DNA of 63,869 nt, counting the filler, from Octopus bimaculoides (Eukaryota), in NCBI RefSeq assembly GCF_001194135.2. It is 5 parts of 5 records of this genome, joined end to end, with 100 filler letters (N's around TTAATTAATTAA, not from the genome) between each part and the next. Parts side by side here need not be neighbours in the genome. Positions count along the whole stretch, not along the records: positions 53,138 to 63,869 come from NC_068989.1; 4 more parts are not named here. One strand, 5' to 3'. Numbering within the stretch: position 1 is the stretch's first letter; the number at the start of each line of letters is the position of its first letter. The translations under genes were made by a program, and so were the position numbers. Below are positions 62,550 to 63,869 of this stretch, piece after piece. The notes beneath the pieces are model-generated. The model ran no database searches. It had not been told where the DNA came from and saw only the letters and a list, made by a program, of their open reading frames with translations.

Positions 62550-63569
62550 TGTGTGTGTGTTAATTCAGTTCTTTAGTTTAATTATATTACAATTCCTAAT
62601 GACAACTCACAATTACAAATACTTCTGGATACGATAATCGATACCTAGTGTAAGAATAAAGCTGCAAATGAAAATTTACCATCATATTAAGCTAAATACA
62701 ATTCCACTGTTTCACTACTTTACAGATTTCACAGAACCACTGTTTTGTTTCGGTTTGGTCTGTTAAACAAATCATCCTTATTGTCGATGGACCTTGCAGT
62801 CAGTCACTGGTGGAAAATTCAATATTGATGCAAACGGACGAAAGTCACTGAAACGTGTGATTTTGTATGCCGCGGACGAAAATTTGTCGCTCAAGACTGT
62901 GAATAACCTCGAAATGCGCTGATGATAGGAATTAATCCTTAGAGGTATTATATATAGACAATAGGACATATACGAATCTATATGACTGCGTATTAATCCC
63001 TCTTAATCGAAACATAACCCACAAAAAGAGCTCAAAATAAATATATACAAATAAGAATAGTCAGCTTGGGTTACGTTTACGGTCTCTGCTGCAGAATTAA
63101 AACTGATAGAAAAATTCGACGTATGTGAAATAAGAGCGATATTAACTGTTCGAGAAATCACAAAAACTGCTTTATACATTTTTGTATATTTCTTAATAAA
63201 TAAACATTAAATGGAGTGTCAAAAATGTTTTCCTCGCATCTCGGAAGCCTGATTATTGGTACGATACGACTGGAATTCTATTAGCGACAAGGATGTAGAC
63301 ATGCGATAAAACTTTTGACACTTCATAATAGAGAGTACTTTTAAGAAATCAGTGAACATTGAATATAAGAGATTTTGTTTTCTTAAATGACTAAACAAAA
63401 TCTTCCACGAACATATATATATATGAACACATACATGTACATGTATTAACGTGTATCCACGCACACACACAACACACACACACATATATATAGGTATATA
63501 GGTCTGTATGTGTGTGTGATGCGTGCGTGTGTATGTATGTGTGGGTGGTTGCTTAGGTGTGAACATTTG

Positions 63570-63750
63570 TGCTTGTATTCAGCACTTACCGGTTTGACAA
63601 CTGATCTGATCATCGCCGTAACCTTGCGATTCTTACGTACAAAGAGGATCAGATTTGAAAATAAGCATTACGGACTATTTCATTGACTAAGTCTTTCAAA
63701 GTGGTGCCTGCCTCAGCATGGTCATAGTCCAAAGAGTCAGATGAATAAAA
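63570..63750 (+). mobile_element. SINE family B, 3' half, degenerate
   Basis: TTTGACAACTGAT...CCGTAACCTTGCGATTC...AAAGTGGTGCC...CAGCATGGTCATAGTC. Confidence 0.65.
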
Positions 63751-63869
63751 TGAAGAAAGATTAAGGGTGTATGCGAGCGAGAGTACGTCTGTGAGTGCAT
63801 GCATGTGTGTGTGTGTGTGTGCATGCATGTATATATGAATGAATATATAAATATATATATATATATATA

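Noticed and set aside
62800-62923. Open frame SVTGGKFNIDANGRKSLKRVILYAADENLSLKTVNNLEMR* with a faint cadherin-like F-x-ID-x-NG
   Set aside because: It lacks the LDRE/DxNDN motifs, the acceptor is weak, and it is too short to support.

Overview
AT-rich, gene-poor animal genomic DNA from a draft scaffold, with about 4 kb of N in 18 gaps, nearly all next to microsatellites. The repeat landscape suggests a coleoid cephalopod, probably Octopus; this is inference, not a database result. It comprises several abundant modular tRNA-derived SINEs, RTE, L1/Tx1 and R4-type LINE fragments, several Tc1/mariner families, hAT and other DNA-transposon remnants, and dense (CA)n/(TA)n/(AAT)n/(TAGA)n repeats. 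I can identify no intact host protein-coding gene. Almost all ORF-track entries are microsatellite or gap read-throughs, or decayed transposon ORFs. The most notable signal is a set of minimal type-I hammerhead ribozyme motifs in two unrelated small repeat families. One structurally complete copy (52542-52587, +) lies inside an element with a tRNA-like Pol III head and a partial inverted duplicate, resembling a retrozyme, Sm-alpha or Penelope-dependent element. Two homologous copies of a second family lie at 13880-13915 and 58201-58237 (-). Other points of interest are a solitary tRNA-Thr(CGT)-like sequence ending in encoded CCA, a 102-bp fold-back MITE, combinatorial SINE body/tail swapping, an RFX X-box island and a few weak candidate exons.
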